This document shows positions 10,014 through 20,378 of a DNA stretch of 64,000 bases, piece after piece; position 1 is the first letter of the stretch; each line of letters starts with the position of its first letter. The notes beneath the pieces were generated by a model. The model had not been told where the DNA came from, made no database searches, and saw only the letters and a program-made list of their open reading frames with translations. A program made the translations under genes and the position numbers. The stretch is taken from NCBI GenBank assembly GCA_030533265.1, contig JAUNJM010000003.1, forward strand, positions 11,692-75,691. The letters run 5' to 3'. Origin of the DNA: Ruminococcus sp. Lineage in GTDB: Bacteria > Bacillota > Clostridia > Oscillospirales > Ruminococcaceae.

Positions 10014-10982
10014 TTATCTGCTCAAAATCTGTTGTGCCATCTGCTCCAAATCAGAATACTCATTCAAAAGTCCACAATCTCCACGCATTTTTGCAGAATT
10101 CGGCAATCCCTTTATGTACCATGCAACATTTTTACGCATCTCTTTCATACCCTGATTTTCTCCTTTGTATTCACAAAGCATTTTCCCATGTCTGAGCATA
10201 ACCTGCATTTTTTCTTCAAGTGATATTTCAGGTAAAAGCTCACCTGTTTCAAGATAGTGCCTGATTTCACGGAAAATCCATGGCTTGCCATAAGAGCCAC
10301 GACCTATCATAACAAGATCACAGCCTGTCTGATCGTACATATCCTTGCAATCCTGTGGTGTCTTGACATCGCCGTTTCCGATAACGGGTATGCTTACAGC
10401 CCGCTTTACCTGTCGGATTATGTCCCAGTCTGCACATCCTGAGTACATCTGGTTTCTTGTTCGACCATGAACAGCAATAGCTGAAACGCCTGCCTGTTCG
10501 AGATTTTTTGCAAACTCCACGGCATTTATGCTGTCAGCGTCCCAGCCTGCACGAATTTTTACAGTAACGGGACATTCAGCATATCTTACGACCTCTTTTG
10601 CAATATCAAAAGCAGTTTTCGGAGCTTTCATAAGAGCTGAGCCACTACCGTTGCCAACTATTTTCGGTACCGGACAACCCATGTTGATGTCAATAATATC
10701 AGGCTTATACCGGTTAAGCAGGTAAGCAGCCTTGCCCATATATACAGGCTCTTCACCAAATATCTGCAAAGCCATAGGGCGTTCCTGCTGCTCGATTTCG
10801 CAAAGTTTTGCAGTTTTCTTATCGCCAAAGCAAAGACCTTTTGATGAGATCATCTCACTCACAAGATAGCTTGCACCGAACTCCCTGCACAGCAGACGAT
10901 AGCTTTTGTCTGCAACCGATGCCATAGGAGCAAGTGCTGAAGTTTTTTCTATTTTTATATTACCTATACTGATTTTTTTCAT
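10014..10982 (-). CDS. dusB: tRNA dihydrouridine synthase B
   Basis: LAPMA, DINMGCP, VHGRT, GNGDV. Confidence 0.93.
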   Translation of the reverse strand: MKKISIGNIKIEKTSALAPMASVADKSYRLLCREFGASYLVSEMISSKGLCFGDKKTAKLCEIEQQERPMALQIFGEEPVYMGKAAYLLNRYKPDIIDINMGCPVPKIVGNGSGSALMKAPKTAFDIAKEVVRYAECPVTVKIRAGWDADSINAVEFAKNLEQAGVSAIAVHGRTRNQMYSGCADWDIIRQVKRAVSIPVIGNGDVKTPQDCKDMYDQTGCDLVMIGRGSYGKPWIFREIRHYLETGELLPEISLEEKMQVMLRHGKMLCEYKGENQGMKEMRKNVAWYIKGLPNSAKMRGDCGLLNEYSDLEQMAQQILSR

Positions 10983-11197
10983 AAGCTTTCCTTTATGTTT
11001 ATTTTATCTGCATATAATAACAGTATAGCACATTTCTCAAAAAAAATAAAGAGCTGTTGTAAAGTTGCACAAGTAAAGGTGTATAAATTTGTGAAAGATT
11101 TTTTCAGAAATTTGTATACAAGGCACAAAAAATGTGTTATAATAAATAACATAATGAAATATGGTTTAAGTATTTTGTTGAAGAAGGGAGGCATTTT

Positions 11198-11818
11198 ATG
11201 AAGTCTATCATAACAATAAGCCGTGAATTCGGAAGTGGCGGACGTGAGATTGGAAAAAATCTTGCTAACCAGCTTGGCATACCGTTTTATGATAAGGAAC
11301 TTCTGGAATTGGCCTCAAAAGAAAGTGGTATATGCAAGGAGCTTTTTGTCAGTCATGATGAAAGCTATACAAACAGCCTGCTCTATTCGCTTGTAATGGG
11401 AGCTTATCCTGTATCTCAAGATGGAAAGATAAATCCTGAAATGCCACTTAACCATCGTATTTTTCTTGCCCAATTCGAAACAATAAAGAAAATTGCAGAA
11501 GAAGGTCCGTGTATAATTGTCGGCCGTTGTGCAGATTATATTTTGAAGGACAATGACAATGTTATTAACTTCTTTATAATGGGCAATATGCCTCAGAAGA
11601 AAAGACGTATTCTTGAAAGATATGATATAGAAAAGAACAAAGTCGAGGATTTCATAAGAAAAACGGATAAACGTCGAGCAAATTATTATAACTATTATTC
11701 CGACATGAAGTGGGGAGAGGCTAAGAATTATGATCTTTGCATCAACTCCTCGAAGACGGGGCCAGACGGTGCAGTTGAGCTTATGAAAGCCTATATAAAT
11801 ATTAAAGAAGCAAACTGA
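11198..11818 (+). CDS. Cytidylate kinase-like family protein
   Basis: ITISREFGSGG, IVGRCADY, DKRRANYY, YDLCINS. Confidence 0.85.
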   Translation: MKSIITISREFGSGGREIGKNLANQLGIPFYDKELLELASKESGICKELFVSHDESYTNSLLYSLVMGAYPVSQDGKINPEMPLNHRIFLAQFETIKKIAEEGPCIIVGRCADYILKDNDNVINFFIMGNMPQKKRRILERYDIEKNKVEDFIRKTDKRRANYYNYYSDMKWGEAKNYDLCINSSKTGPDGAVELMKAYINIKEAN

Positions 11819-11917
11819 TACTATATTTCTTTTTCATTATCTTCCTTTATTATGATTAAAGCTGTCGGATTCTCGGCAGCTTTTTTCATAGTAAACAAAC
11901 TGAAAGGACGTGTTGTT

Positions 11918-12913
11918 ATGTATGTACCAAATGAAAAACGATATGAAAAAATGGTGTATAACCGTTGTGGAAACAGTGGATTAAAGCTACCTGCTGTGTC
12001 ACTTGGAATGTGGCAGAACTTCGGATACAAGGACAGCTTTGATAACATCGAAAAGATGTGTCACACAGCCTTTGATCTTGGCATAACGCATTTTGACCTT
12101 GCTAACAATTACGGTTGGCCGTATAACGGCTCGGCAGAGGAAAATTTACGACTCGTGCTTGATCGTGGTATGCGACAGTTCAGAGATGAACTTTGCATTT
12201 CTACAAAAGCAGGGTATGATATGTGGCCAGGCCCTTACGGTGATAAAAACGGATCAAGAAAATATCTGCTCTCTTCGCTTGACCAGTCACTTAAAAGAAT
12301 GAAACTTGATTATGTTGATATTTTTTATCATCATGTCCGTGATCCTGAAACACCGCTTGAAGAAACTGCAATCGCACTTGATTCCACTGTAAAACAGGGT
12401 AAGGCTCTATATGTTGGTATTTCCAACTATAACAAAGCTGACACGGCTAAGATGCTGGACATTTTCCGTGAACTTAGAACCCCGTTCGTGGTAAATCAGC
12501 CGTCCTACTCAATGCTCAACCGTTGGATAGAAGATGACGGTCTGCGTGATTTTGCTTATGATGAGGGTATTGGTCTTGCAGTATTTTCACCGTTATATCA
12601 GGGATTTTTGACAGACAGATATTTGAACGGAGTTCCTGCTGATTCAAGAGTTGCAAAGGGAAATACATGGATTGGCAACGAGCTTGATGATGCTATGCTC
12701 AAAAAGCTGAACGCTCTTAATAACATTGCAAAAAACAGAGGTCAAAAGCTTTCACAGCTTGCACTTTCATGGGTTCTCAGAGAAGGCAAGGTAACAACCG
12801 TGCTTATCGGAGCCAGCAGACCTGAACAGATAATCGAGAACGTTGAAGCAGTATACAAGACCGAGTTTACTCAAGATGAGCTTGAAGCTATTGAGAATGT
12901 ACTGAGAGGCTGA
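11918..12913 (+). CDS. Aldo/keto reductase (YghZ/Gpr-like)
   Basis: SGLKLPAVSLG, HFDLANNYG, STKAGY, YVGISNY; start reassigned to ATG 11918. Confidence 0.9.
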   Translation: MYVPNEKRYEKMVYNRCGNSGLKLPAVSLGMWQNFGYKDSFDNIEKMCHTAFDLGITHFDLANNYGWPYNGSAEENLRLVLDRGMRQFRDELCISTKAGYDMWPGPYGDKNGSRKYLLSSLDQSLKRMKLDYVDIFYHHVRDPETPLEETAIALDSTVKQGKALYVGISNYNKADTAKMLDIFRELRTPFVVNQPSYSMLNRWIEDDGLRDFAYDEGIGLAVFSPLYQGFLTDRYLNGVPADSRVAKGNTWIGNELDDAMLKKLNALNNIAKNRGQKLSQLALSWVLREGKVTTVLIGASRPEQIIENVEAVYKTEFTQDELEAIENVLRG

Positions 12914-12915
12914 GC

Positions 12916-13398
12916 TTAAACTCTTGCACCAACGATGTGAAGCAATCTGATATTGTCAAACAAATAGCTTGAAAGCGGTCGCATATAGGCATCAAATGTA
13001 TGTGAGGCAACATAGATATTACCGTTTCTGACTGAAACGATAACCAGAGTGTGATAGAATCGCCCATCACTGTCACCAAGCTGAACAATATCGCCTGTCT
13101 GAGCATAGTTCAAGGCAAGCTCTATTGCATAAGGTCCGATGCCTTTATTGTTAGTAAGGAAATTATACAAAAATCCTACTCCTGTCCATGCCGGAGCACG
13201 ATCGTTGGGTGAATTATAGTACCAGCCGAAGGTCGGAGTATAGTTCATAACTCCACAACCTGCATAAATACACTGCGAAGCAAAATTTGTACAATCACCA
13301 CCGATATTCTCAAAATCGAGGTATCGGTGATTTCTTTTTAAAGCCCATTTTTCAGCATAGGCAAGAGCCTTTTTCCTGTTGTAATCTATGTTTTTCAT
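12916..13398 (-). CDS. Putative amidase domain (Amidase_6) protein
   Basis: YNRKKALAYA, GGDCTNFASQC, GDIVQL, YH, SHT. Confidence 0.8.
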   Translation of the reverse strand: MKNIDYNRKKALAYAEKWALKRNHRYLDFENIGGDCTNFASQCIYAGCGVMNYTPTFGWYYNSPNDRAPAWTGVGFLYNFLTNNKGIGPYAIELALNYAQTGDIVQLGDSDGRFYHTLVIVSVRNGNIYVASHTFDAYMRPLSSYLFDNIRLLHIVGARV

Positions 13399-13501
13399 AA
13401 GCACTATTCCTTTCGATTTTTATAATAGTTTATTCCCGAAAGGAATGATTTGTTATCTTGACACAAAAAAGCGATGGTGTTTGCCATCGCTTTTTTAATT
13501 A

Positions 13502-14062
13502 TTAATTTTTAATTTTATTTTTTATAACAAGTGAGTATGCCATTGCACCAACTATAGTGATAATACATTCAAAAAGCATATAAAAACCGTTGTAACCAAG
13601 GCTGTAGATCCATACTGATTTCCAGCCATCTGCATATTCTCCCCAGATCGTAACGCCTGATGTAAAGTGGCAAGCAAATCTCAACAATGATGCTACAAAA
13701 GCACCAAGAGCAACTCCGATAGTTGGCTTTTTAAGATTTCTGAAAAGTGCTCCGCCGATACCCAGAACAGCGAATGCTATAACGTAATCAAGGAAGATCA
13801 GGATAAAGTAAGCCATAACTCCTTTAACGTAAGCGAAGTTTCCAAGTCCTTGTAGAAGCATTTGTAAAATACCGTGAACAACTCCGACAAATGCACCCCA
13901 TTTAAAGCCATGTCTGTAGCCGTAAATAACTATCGGTACTTGGCTGAACGCTGTAACCGAACCTCCCATCGGAGCTTCAAAGACTTTTATGTATGACAAC
14001 ACTGTTGCGAGTGCTATCATAATTGCTCCTTCTACCATGATTTTTGTTTTTGAATTTTGCAT
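13502..14062 (-). CDS. thiT: Energy-coupled thiamine transporter S component
   Basis: GGSVT, LDYVIAF, HFTSGVTIWGEYA, YSLGYN; TPP riboswitch upstream. Confidence 0.92.
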   Translation of the reverse strand: MQNSKTKIMVEGAIMIALATVLSYIKVFEAPMGGSVTAFSQVPIVIYGYRHGFKWGAFVGVVHGILQMLLQGLGNFAYVKGVMAYFILIFLDYVIAFAVLGIGGALFRNLKKPTIGVALGAFVASLLRFACHFTSGVTIWGEYADGWKSVWIYSLGYNGFYMLFECIITIVGAMAYSLVIKNKIKN

Positions 14063-14103
14063 AAAAACCCTTCTTTCTGAATATTTAAGGGCAAAAACTA
14101 CAA

Positions 14104-14135
14104 TAAAAAAACCACAGGCTATTTAAACCTGTGGC
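14104..14135 (-). terminator. Terminator of the TPP riboswitch expression platform
   Basis: CCACAGG-loop-CCTGTGG followed by T7 on the minus strand, between aptamer and thiT. Confidence 0.8.
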
Positions 14136-14149
14136 ATAAAGCTCTGAAT

Positions 14150-14236
14150 ATTTTCCTACGTCGGCATTATCCGAATCAGGTTATGGGTCGAAACTCAATC
14201 GTTTCCTCTCAGCCATTCAGCTCCCCTTTTTTATAT
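14150..14236 (-). ncRNA. TPP riboswitch
   Basis: GGGGAGCTG..GGCTGAGAG...GACCC..AACCTGAT..GGATAATGCC..CGTAGG core, upstream of thiT. Confidence 0.95.
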
Positions 14237-14343
14237 GCAATTTTCACTCTTTGAAAAGTATACCACATATTCTGACAAAAGTCAACAGCAAATTTCGATA
14301 TAAAAATAAAAACCGCTGCCACTTTTGCGACAACAGTTTTGTT

Positions 14344-14428
14344 TGGTGGGAGAGGATGGATTCGAACCATCGAAGCTGAAAGCAACAGATTTACAGTCTG
14401 CCCCCTTTGGCCACTCGGGAACTCTCCC
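14344..14428 (-). tRNA. tRNA-Tyr(GTA)
   Basis: Cloverleaf GGGAGAGTTCCCGAGTGG...CTGTAAA...GGTTCGAATCC...CCA. Confidence 0.97.
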
Positions 14429-14454
14429 AAATATTAAATTATAATAAAAATAAA

Positions 14455-14530
14455 TGGAGCTGGTGGACGGACTCGAACCCCCGACCTGCTGATTACAAAT
14501 CAGCTGCTCTACCAACTGAGCTACACCAGC
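14455..14530 (-). tRNA. tRNA-Thr(TGT)
   Basis: GCTGGTGTAGCTCAGTTGG...TTTGTAA...GGTTCGAGTCC...CCA. Confidence 0.97.
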
Positions 14531-14726
14531 TTATTTTACTGTTTTATGCTTGTCAACAGCTTTTGTCCGACAGCTTAATTATTATACACCGTATATGTGA
14601 AAATGTCAATACTTATTTTGCGATTTGTATATGTGCACAAAAAATGTTACTGCTAATTATGCTGTTTTGTAGCGTACTGTAAAAAACGCCTCCACGCTAT
14701 CGGTGGAGGCATAATGATATTTCATG

Positions 14727-16400
14727 TTATTTGTTTTCTGAGAGGAACTTCTCTGTATCAAGAGGATAGTTCTTAAGGTCAGGAAGCTTTTCAAGTGTCA
14801 GAACACGATCATTTGTGTAGATTTTCTTCCACATATCAATAGTTGTATACTGATCTGAAAGCTGCATATCCTTGAGAGTAAACTCACCGTTCCATGTACA
14901 GAACCAAGCCCATCTTGCACCATCGTTGAACGCAAGATCAGGATCAAACAATGCACCATTTTCAGTAAGTGCAACGATCTTCTGAGTATCTGTTACAGAC
15001 TTTGTATAGTCGAAAGTTTCTTTCTTTGATGAGCTGTCATGCTCGTTCGCATAAATGTCATAACCGAGAATGTCAACATATTCATCACCAGGGTAATAAG
15101 ATGGGTCCTGTCCGTTCCATACCCAGATGAGGTTGTTGATGTTGTGATAGTTTGTCAGACGATCATACATGAGCTTCCAGAGTTCCTTGTAAGACTCAGC
15201 TCCTGATGCACCCCACCAGAACCAAGGATTCTTCCACTTAGGATCTCCTCCGCCTTCGTGAAGAGGACGCCAGAGAATAGGAACATGGTTATCATCAAGC
15301 TGAATCAGTATCTCCGCAATAGCGTCAATATCTCTTATAAGCAGATCATAGCCTTTTTTATCCTCACCACGCAAAGCTTTTCCGAGGTTGAAGGTAGTAG
15401 CTTCCTGTCTGAAGCCTTCATACCATGGTTTTCCATTGGCATTGAGATATGGCTCAGGAGCGTTCCAGTGCCAACACATAGTAACGATACCGCCCTCGTT
15501 GTTCCACCAGTCCATAGCCTGAGCAGGAACCATCTTTCCTTCGTTAGAGCCATTTGCTATACGGCTTGGTGAAGCTTCGATAAGGTCCAGACCAAGGATT
15601 GCAGGAGTAGCACCTGTTACTCTTTTGATTTCTTTGAACTCACGACTTTCCTTACCTTCATCTTTTGAAGAATACTGTCCTGAGATGGTATATTTTCCAT
15701 AAACGTCTGTAAGGAAGTTATAAAGACGCCTTGTTTCTTCAGTAGCGTTTTTATTGGAAAGCACCTTGCTTACTTTAAACTCATTAAGATCAATAGCCTT
15801 AGCACAGCTGAGCACCATTGAGTCGATATAAACACCCTTGAGATTGTCCTTTGTGTTGAAAGAAATGATGTGCTTGCCTGCCGGGAGAAGTACCTTTTCG
15901 GTTGTATTTGGTTCAAGTGATGCGGATTCGATTTTTACCGACACAAGCATTGCACCGTCAAGAGAAATCTGACATTCAGAACCTGCCTGGTCTGCACAGC
16001 TCATGAGAGTAAGATCATAGCTACCCTCAGCAGGCAGATCTATTTCAATTTCAACCTTGTCAGACAACTGTTCACTGTTATTGAACAGATTTACAATACC
16101 CTTACCTGTATATTTTCCGAACGATTCCTTTGAAATGGTAAAAGCCTCTCCTGAAAGCTTACCGTCCTCAATTTCAAAAGTCTGATTGAAGTCCTCAGGG
16201 ACTTTGTTTTCAATCACAAAATCAGAAAGATCGAAGTTGCCGAGAGTTTCAACAACCGGCGCTGTAGTTATATTTGCTCTTGTTGTTGATTTTTTAGTTT
16301 CTGATGAATCAGTTTTGTCACTGTCAGTACAGCCTGCAACGGAAAGCATCATTGCAGTTGCAAGAGAAAGTGAAACAAGCTTTTTAAATGAAACAAACAT
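14727..16400 (-). CDS. GH26 beta-mannanase lipoprotein with N-terminal CBM35/CBM6-like module
   Basis: Lipobox VAGC, S/T linker, WHW, WRPLHE (acid/base), WFWWG, YYPGDEYVD, ALTENG (nucleophile); start reassigned to ATG 16400. Confidence 0.88.
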   Translation of the reverse strand: MFVSFKKLVSLSLATAMMLSVAGCTDSDKTDSSETKKSTTRANITTAPVVETLGNFDLSDFVIENKVPEDFNQTFEIEDGKLSGEAFTISKESFGKYTGKGIVNLFNNSEQLSDKVEIEIDLPAEGSYDLTLMSCADQAGSECQISLDGAMLVSVKIESASLEPNTTEKVLLPAGKHIISFNTKDNLKGVYIDSMVLSCAKAIDLNEFKVSKVLSNKNATEETRRLYNFLTDVYGKYTISGQYSSKDEGKESREFKEIKRVTGATPAILGLDLIEASPSRIANGSNEGKMVPAQAMDWWNNEGGIVTMCWHWNAPEPYLNANGKPWYEGFRQEATTFNLGKALRGEDKKGYDLLIRDIDAIAEILIQLDDNHVPILWRPLHEGGGDPKWKNPWFWWGASGAESYKELWKLMYDRLTNYHNINNLIWVWNGQDPSYYPGDEYVDILGYDIYANEHDSSSKKETFDYTKSVTDTQKIVALTENGALFDPDLAFNDGARWAWFCTWNGEFTLKDMQLSDQYTTIDMWKKIYTNDRVLTLEKLPDLKNYPLDTEKFLSENK

Positions 16401-16630
16401 ATTTCCATAAACCTCTTTTCCATATATATTGACGGATTTTTTATGAACATTTAACACTAAAACATAAAAAATCACCTGATTTAAGTTTAATATCTGGAAT
16501 AATCTTTGTCAATAGTTTTTTCAAGTTTTACATTGTGTTAATATTTAATCATACACCGCTATTGACGTTTGATTTAAAAAGTAGTAAAATATTCTATGTA
16601 AATAATAATCTTTGAAAGGAATGCTTTGTT

Positions 16631-17209
16631 ATGAAAAACTTTATCGTTGAAACATCAGCACGTCACGTTCATGTGACACAGGAAACACTTGAAACTCTGT
16701 TCGGAAAGGGTGCAACTCTTACACATAAGAAGGATCTTTCACAGCCGGGACAGTTTGCTTGCGAAGAAAGAGTTACTATCGTCGGACCAAAGAAAGAGCT
16801 TCCTAACGTATCAATCCTCGGCCCATGCCGTCCTGCTGATCAGGTTGAGCTTTCTGCAACTGATGCACGTTCAATCGGCATCGTTGCTCCAGTAAGAGAG
16901 TCCGGTGACGTTGCTGGTTCAGGTGCTTGCAAGATCGTTGGACCATGTGGTGAGGTAGAAATTAACGAAGGCGTTATCGTTGCAAAAAGACATATTCACC
17001 TTACTCCTGCTGACGCTGAGGAGCTTGGTGTTGTTGACAAGCAGGTTGTTTGCGTTAAGATCAAAACTGCTGACAGAACTGCTATTCTTTGCGATACAGT
17101 TTGCCGTGTACACGAAAATTATGCAAGAGCAATGCACATCGACACAGATGAATCAAATGCTGTCGGTGCAGGCAGGGATCAGATGGGCGAAATTGTTTCT
17201 TGCTGTTAA
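16631..17209 (+). CDS. pduL: Phosphate propanoyltransferase / phosphotransacylase PduL
   Basis: SARHVH, LSQPGQFA, RESGD, RHIH, MHIDTDESNA. Confidence 0.92.
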   Translation: MKNFIVETSARHVHVTQETLETLFGKGATLTHKKDLSQPGQFACEERVTIVGPKKELPNVSILGPCRPADQVELSATDARSIGIVAPVRESGDVAGSGACKIVGPCGEVEINEGVIVAKRHIHLTPADAEELGVVDKQVVCVKIKTADRTAILCDTVCRVHENYARAMHIDTDESNAVGAGRDQMGEIVSCC

Positions 17210-17377
17210 TACTTAACTATATAACGAAGATAGTATTTAAACGGAGAGGCTTTATTTAAAAAGCTTCTCCGTTTTTTGTTAAAATCCTTAAAAAAGTTGT
17301 GTTTTCCTCTTTTCAACCCTTGAAAAATAGTGTATAATATAATTAATAATATCAATTTTTCAGAATGGAGGATTATT

Positions 17378-17848
17378 ATGAACAAAAATGAGATAAGAGT
17401 AAGAATTTTCAATAAGGAATATTGCCTTATGACAGACGAAACAAAGGAGTATACTGACAAGCTTGCAGCAGACCTTAATAACAGAATGACACAGCTCATG
17501 GAATCGAAAACTATGATGTCACATCAGGACGCTGCTGCACTTATCGCTCTTGAAACTTACGACGAGCTTATAAAAGCAAGAGATAGCGTCGAGGGTATCA
17601 GAGAGCAGATAAAGGACTATGCAGATGAGGCTGCTATTCATCGTGAAGTTGCAGAGAAAGCAACAGCAAGAGTAGCAGAGCTTGAGGAAAGAGTAGCACA
17701 GCTTGAAAAGGAAGTAAAGCTTAGAACAAAGCTCTCATCTGAGAAAACAAACGCAGAAGAAATCATCTCACATGATATACAAAAAGCATTGAATGGCACA
17801 AATGCACCTTATAATGCAATGAGCAACCAGAACAGGAATTTCAGATAA
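17378..17848 (+). CDS. zapA: Cell division protein ZapA-like coiled coil
   Basis: VRIFNKEY N-terminus, AAALIAL, coiled coil; usual position before a U32 gene. Confidence 0.75.
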   Translation: MNKNEIRVRIFNKEYCLMTDETKEYTDKLAADLNNRMTQLMESKTMMSHQDAAALIALETYDELIKARDSVEGIREQIKDYADEAAIHREVAEKATARVAELEERVAQLEKEVKLRTKLSSEKTNAEEIISHDIQKALNGTNAPYNAMSNQNRNFR

Positions 17849-19899
17849 TGGCAGAGATACTTGCTCCGTGTGGAAGCACGGAGTCGCTTTTTGCAGCACT
17901 CAGAACGGGTGCTGACGCAGTGTATGTCGGTGGAGAGAGTTTTTCAGCAAGACAGAATGCAACTAACTTTTCTGATGATGAGCTTGAAAAAGCAGTATAT
18001 GATTGTCATGTCAGAGGTGTAAAAATTTATCTTGCTGTCAACACAATGTTGACCGACGAACAGCTTAATAAATGTATAAGCTTTGTCGAAAAAGCCTGTG
18101 AGCTTGGTGTGGACGGACTCATTACTCAGGATATGGCACTTGTGAGCATTGTCAGAAACTGTTGTCCGGATATGGAGATACACAGCTCAACACAAATGAC
18201 GATACATACAAAAAGAGGTGCAATTTTAGCAAAAGAACTTGGCTTTTCAAGAGTTGTGCTTTCAAGGGAATTGCCGTTTGAAATTATTGCTGAAATATCG
18301 GAACTTCCCGTTGAAACAGAGGTTTTCATACATGGAGCGTTGTGTATGTCTGTTTCAGGGCAGTGTTATATGAGTGCTGTTATCGGTTCAAGGAGTGCTA
18401 ACAGAGGACTGTGTGCCCAACCTTGCCGATTGCCGATGACTGCTGTTTCAGGAAAAGAAGAATATGTTCTGTCGCTTAAAGACCTTTGTGGGATTGAGTA
18501 TTCAGACAGGTTGGAATCGGCAGGAGTAAGTTCTCTGAAAATCGAGGGCAGAATGAAACGTCCTGAGTATGTAGCGTCTGCTGTTAATGCATACAAGAGC
18601 AAAACGCTTGGTAAGGATTATGATTTGTCACTGCTTGAAAGCGTGTTTTCGAGAAGTGGATTTACAAATGGTTATCTTGATGGCAAGCTGAACAAGGATA
18701 TGTTCGGAGTGCGTACAAAAGATGACGTTATTGCCTCAGCTAAGGCTTTGCCACAGTTGCACGAGCTTTATCGCAAGGAGTATAAACGAAGCAGACTCAG
18801 TATCAAATGCTTTGTAGCAGAGGGTGAGCCTCTAAGGATAACAGCCGTTGACGAGAACAACATATCGGTCAGTGTTATCGGAGAAATCGCTCAGACAGCA
18901 CTTAATCGCCCATGTGACGAGGAAATGCTGACAAAACAGCTTTCAAAACTTGGGGATACTATATACGAATTAGAAAGCCTGACGGCTGAAACAAAGGGAA
19001 ATCCTGTTGTTTTTGCATCACAGCTGAACTCCTTAAGACGTGAGCTTGCAGACAAAATGGATAACGCAAGAGCTGAGTATTTTTCAAATAGCATACCATT
19101 TGAAAAAGTAGGTCTGTCACTTGATTTCAAAAGAAATCAAAGGCAACTCAAACCAACTATAAGAATTTCAGTCACTTCGCTTGAACAGCTTGACTATGTG
19201 GACAAAAACAACGTAGAAATGATAATAATGCCTTTGAGCCTTGCAGAAAAAGCTATTGAAAATGGATTTGATATTCAAAACGTTGCAGTTTCTATGCCAC
19301 GCTTTACGTTTGATGAGGACAACGATTTTCAAAGTCTTAAAAAACTTAAAGCAAGAGGTGTTGATAAGATAAATTGTACCAATCTTGCTCATATTCACAT
19401 GGCAAAAGAGCTTGGACTTGAGATGCATACTGACTTTGGATTCAATGTTGCAAACTCGGTTGCATTGCAGGAGCTTCGCGATATGGGAGTGACCGATTCT
19501 GTCGTGTCTGTGGAACTGAAAGTATCACAGATAAACAGGCTTTGCAATTCTCTGCCGATAGGAATTATTGCATACGGCAGATTACCGTTGATGCTTACGG
19601 CCAACTGTCCGATAAAGCAATCACAGAGCTGTGCAAAGTGCCAAAAGAGTCTTTTCGACAGAACCGGACGTGAATTTGCAGTTAAATGCTCAAAGAATCA
19701 CGGATATGTCGAGATACTCAATTCTGATATGCTTTATCTTGCTGACAAGCTGGGAGATTTTGATGTAAGCTTTATAAGGCTTGATTTTTATGATGAGTCA
19801 CCACAAAGAGTTGCTGAGATAATTTCAAAGTATCAAAATGGTGAGCTGTCCGACACAAACAAAATTACAAGGGGATTATACTACAGAGGAGTAAAATAG
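17848..19899 (+). CDS. U32 family peptidase-like protein (RlhA-like hydroxylase, long form)
   Basis: EILAPCG, STQMTIH, HGALCMSVSGQC, SANRGLCAQPCR, KIEGRMK. Confidence 0.88.
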   Translation: MAEILAPCGSTESLFAALRTGADAVYVGGESFSARQNATNFSDDELEKAVYDCHVRGVKIYLAVNTMLTDEQLNKCISFVEKACELGVDGLITQDMALVSIVRNCCPDMEIHSSTQMTIHTKRGAILAKELGFSRVVLSRELPFEIIAEISELPVETEVFIHGALCMSVSGQCYMSAVIGSRSANRGLCAQPCRLPMTAVSGKEEYVLSLKDLCGIEYSDRLESAGVSSLKIEGRMKRPEYVASAVNAYKSKTLGKDYDLSLLESVFSRSGFTNGYLDGKLNKDMFGVRTKDDVIASAKALPQLHELYRKEYKRSRLSIKCFVAEGEPLRITAVDENNISVSVIGEIAQTALNRPCDEEMLTKQLSKLGDTIYELESLTAETKGNPVVFASQLNSLRRELADKMDNARAEYFSNSIPFEKVGLSLDFKRNQRQLKPTIRISVTSLEQLDYVDKNNVEMIIMPLSLAEKAIENGFDIQNVAVSMPRFTFDEDNDFQSLKKLKARGVDKINCTNLAHIHMAKELGLEMHTDFGFNVANSVALQELRDMGVTDSVVSVELKVSQINRLCNSLPIGIIAYGRLPLMLTANCPIKQSQSCAKCQKSLFDRTGREFAVKCSKNHGYVEILNSDMLYLADKLGDFDVSFIRLDFYDESPQRVAEIISKYQNGELSDTNKITRGLYYRGVK

Positions 19900-20337
19900 A
19901 TGAAACTGTTGATAAAAAAACTGAATGACAGAGCAACTCTGCCAAAACGTGCAACACCGGAAAGTGCCGGCTATGACCTTTCAGCCTGTCTTGCAGAGCC
20001 TTTGGAGGTAAAAGCAGGACAGACTGTGAAAGTTCCTACAGGACTTTCAATGGCAGTTGAGGGAATAGAAAAATGCGTTTTGTTGATATACGCACGCAGT
20101 TCACTTGCAACAAAGTTCGGACTTGCTCCTGCGAACTGTGTCGGTGTCGTTGACACTGATTATCGAGGAGAGGTGCTTGTTGCATTGCACAATCATTCGG
20201 ATCAGGACTATACTATAAACGACGGTGAACGTGTTGCACAGCTTGTAGTGACACCGATATATACTCCCGATGTTGAGGAACGTGATGAGCTTTTGGATAC
20301 CGAACGTGGTACAGGGGGATTCGGAAGCACAAATTAA
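19900..20337 (+). CDS. dut: dUTP diphosphatase
   Basis: AGYDL, RSSLA, GVVDTDYRGE, RGTGGFGST. Confidence 0.96.
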   Translation: MKLLIKKLNDRATLPKRATPESAGYDLSACLAEPLEVKAGQTVKVPTGLSMAVEGIEKCVLLIYARSSLATKFGLAPANCVGVVDTDYRGEVLVALHNHSDQDYTINDGERVAQLVVTPIYTPDVEERDELLDTERGTGGFGSTN

Positions 20338-20378
20338 GCTATCAATCAACTTGCTAAAAAAGTTTGAGGAAGGTTTTT

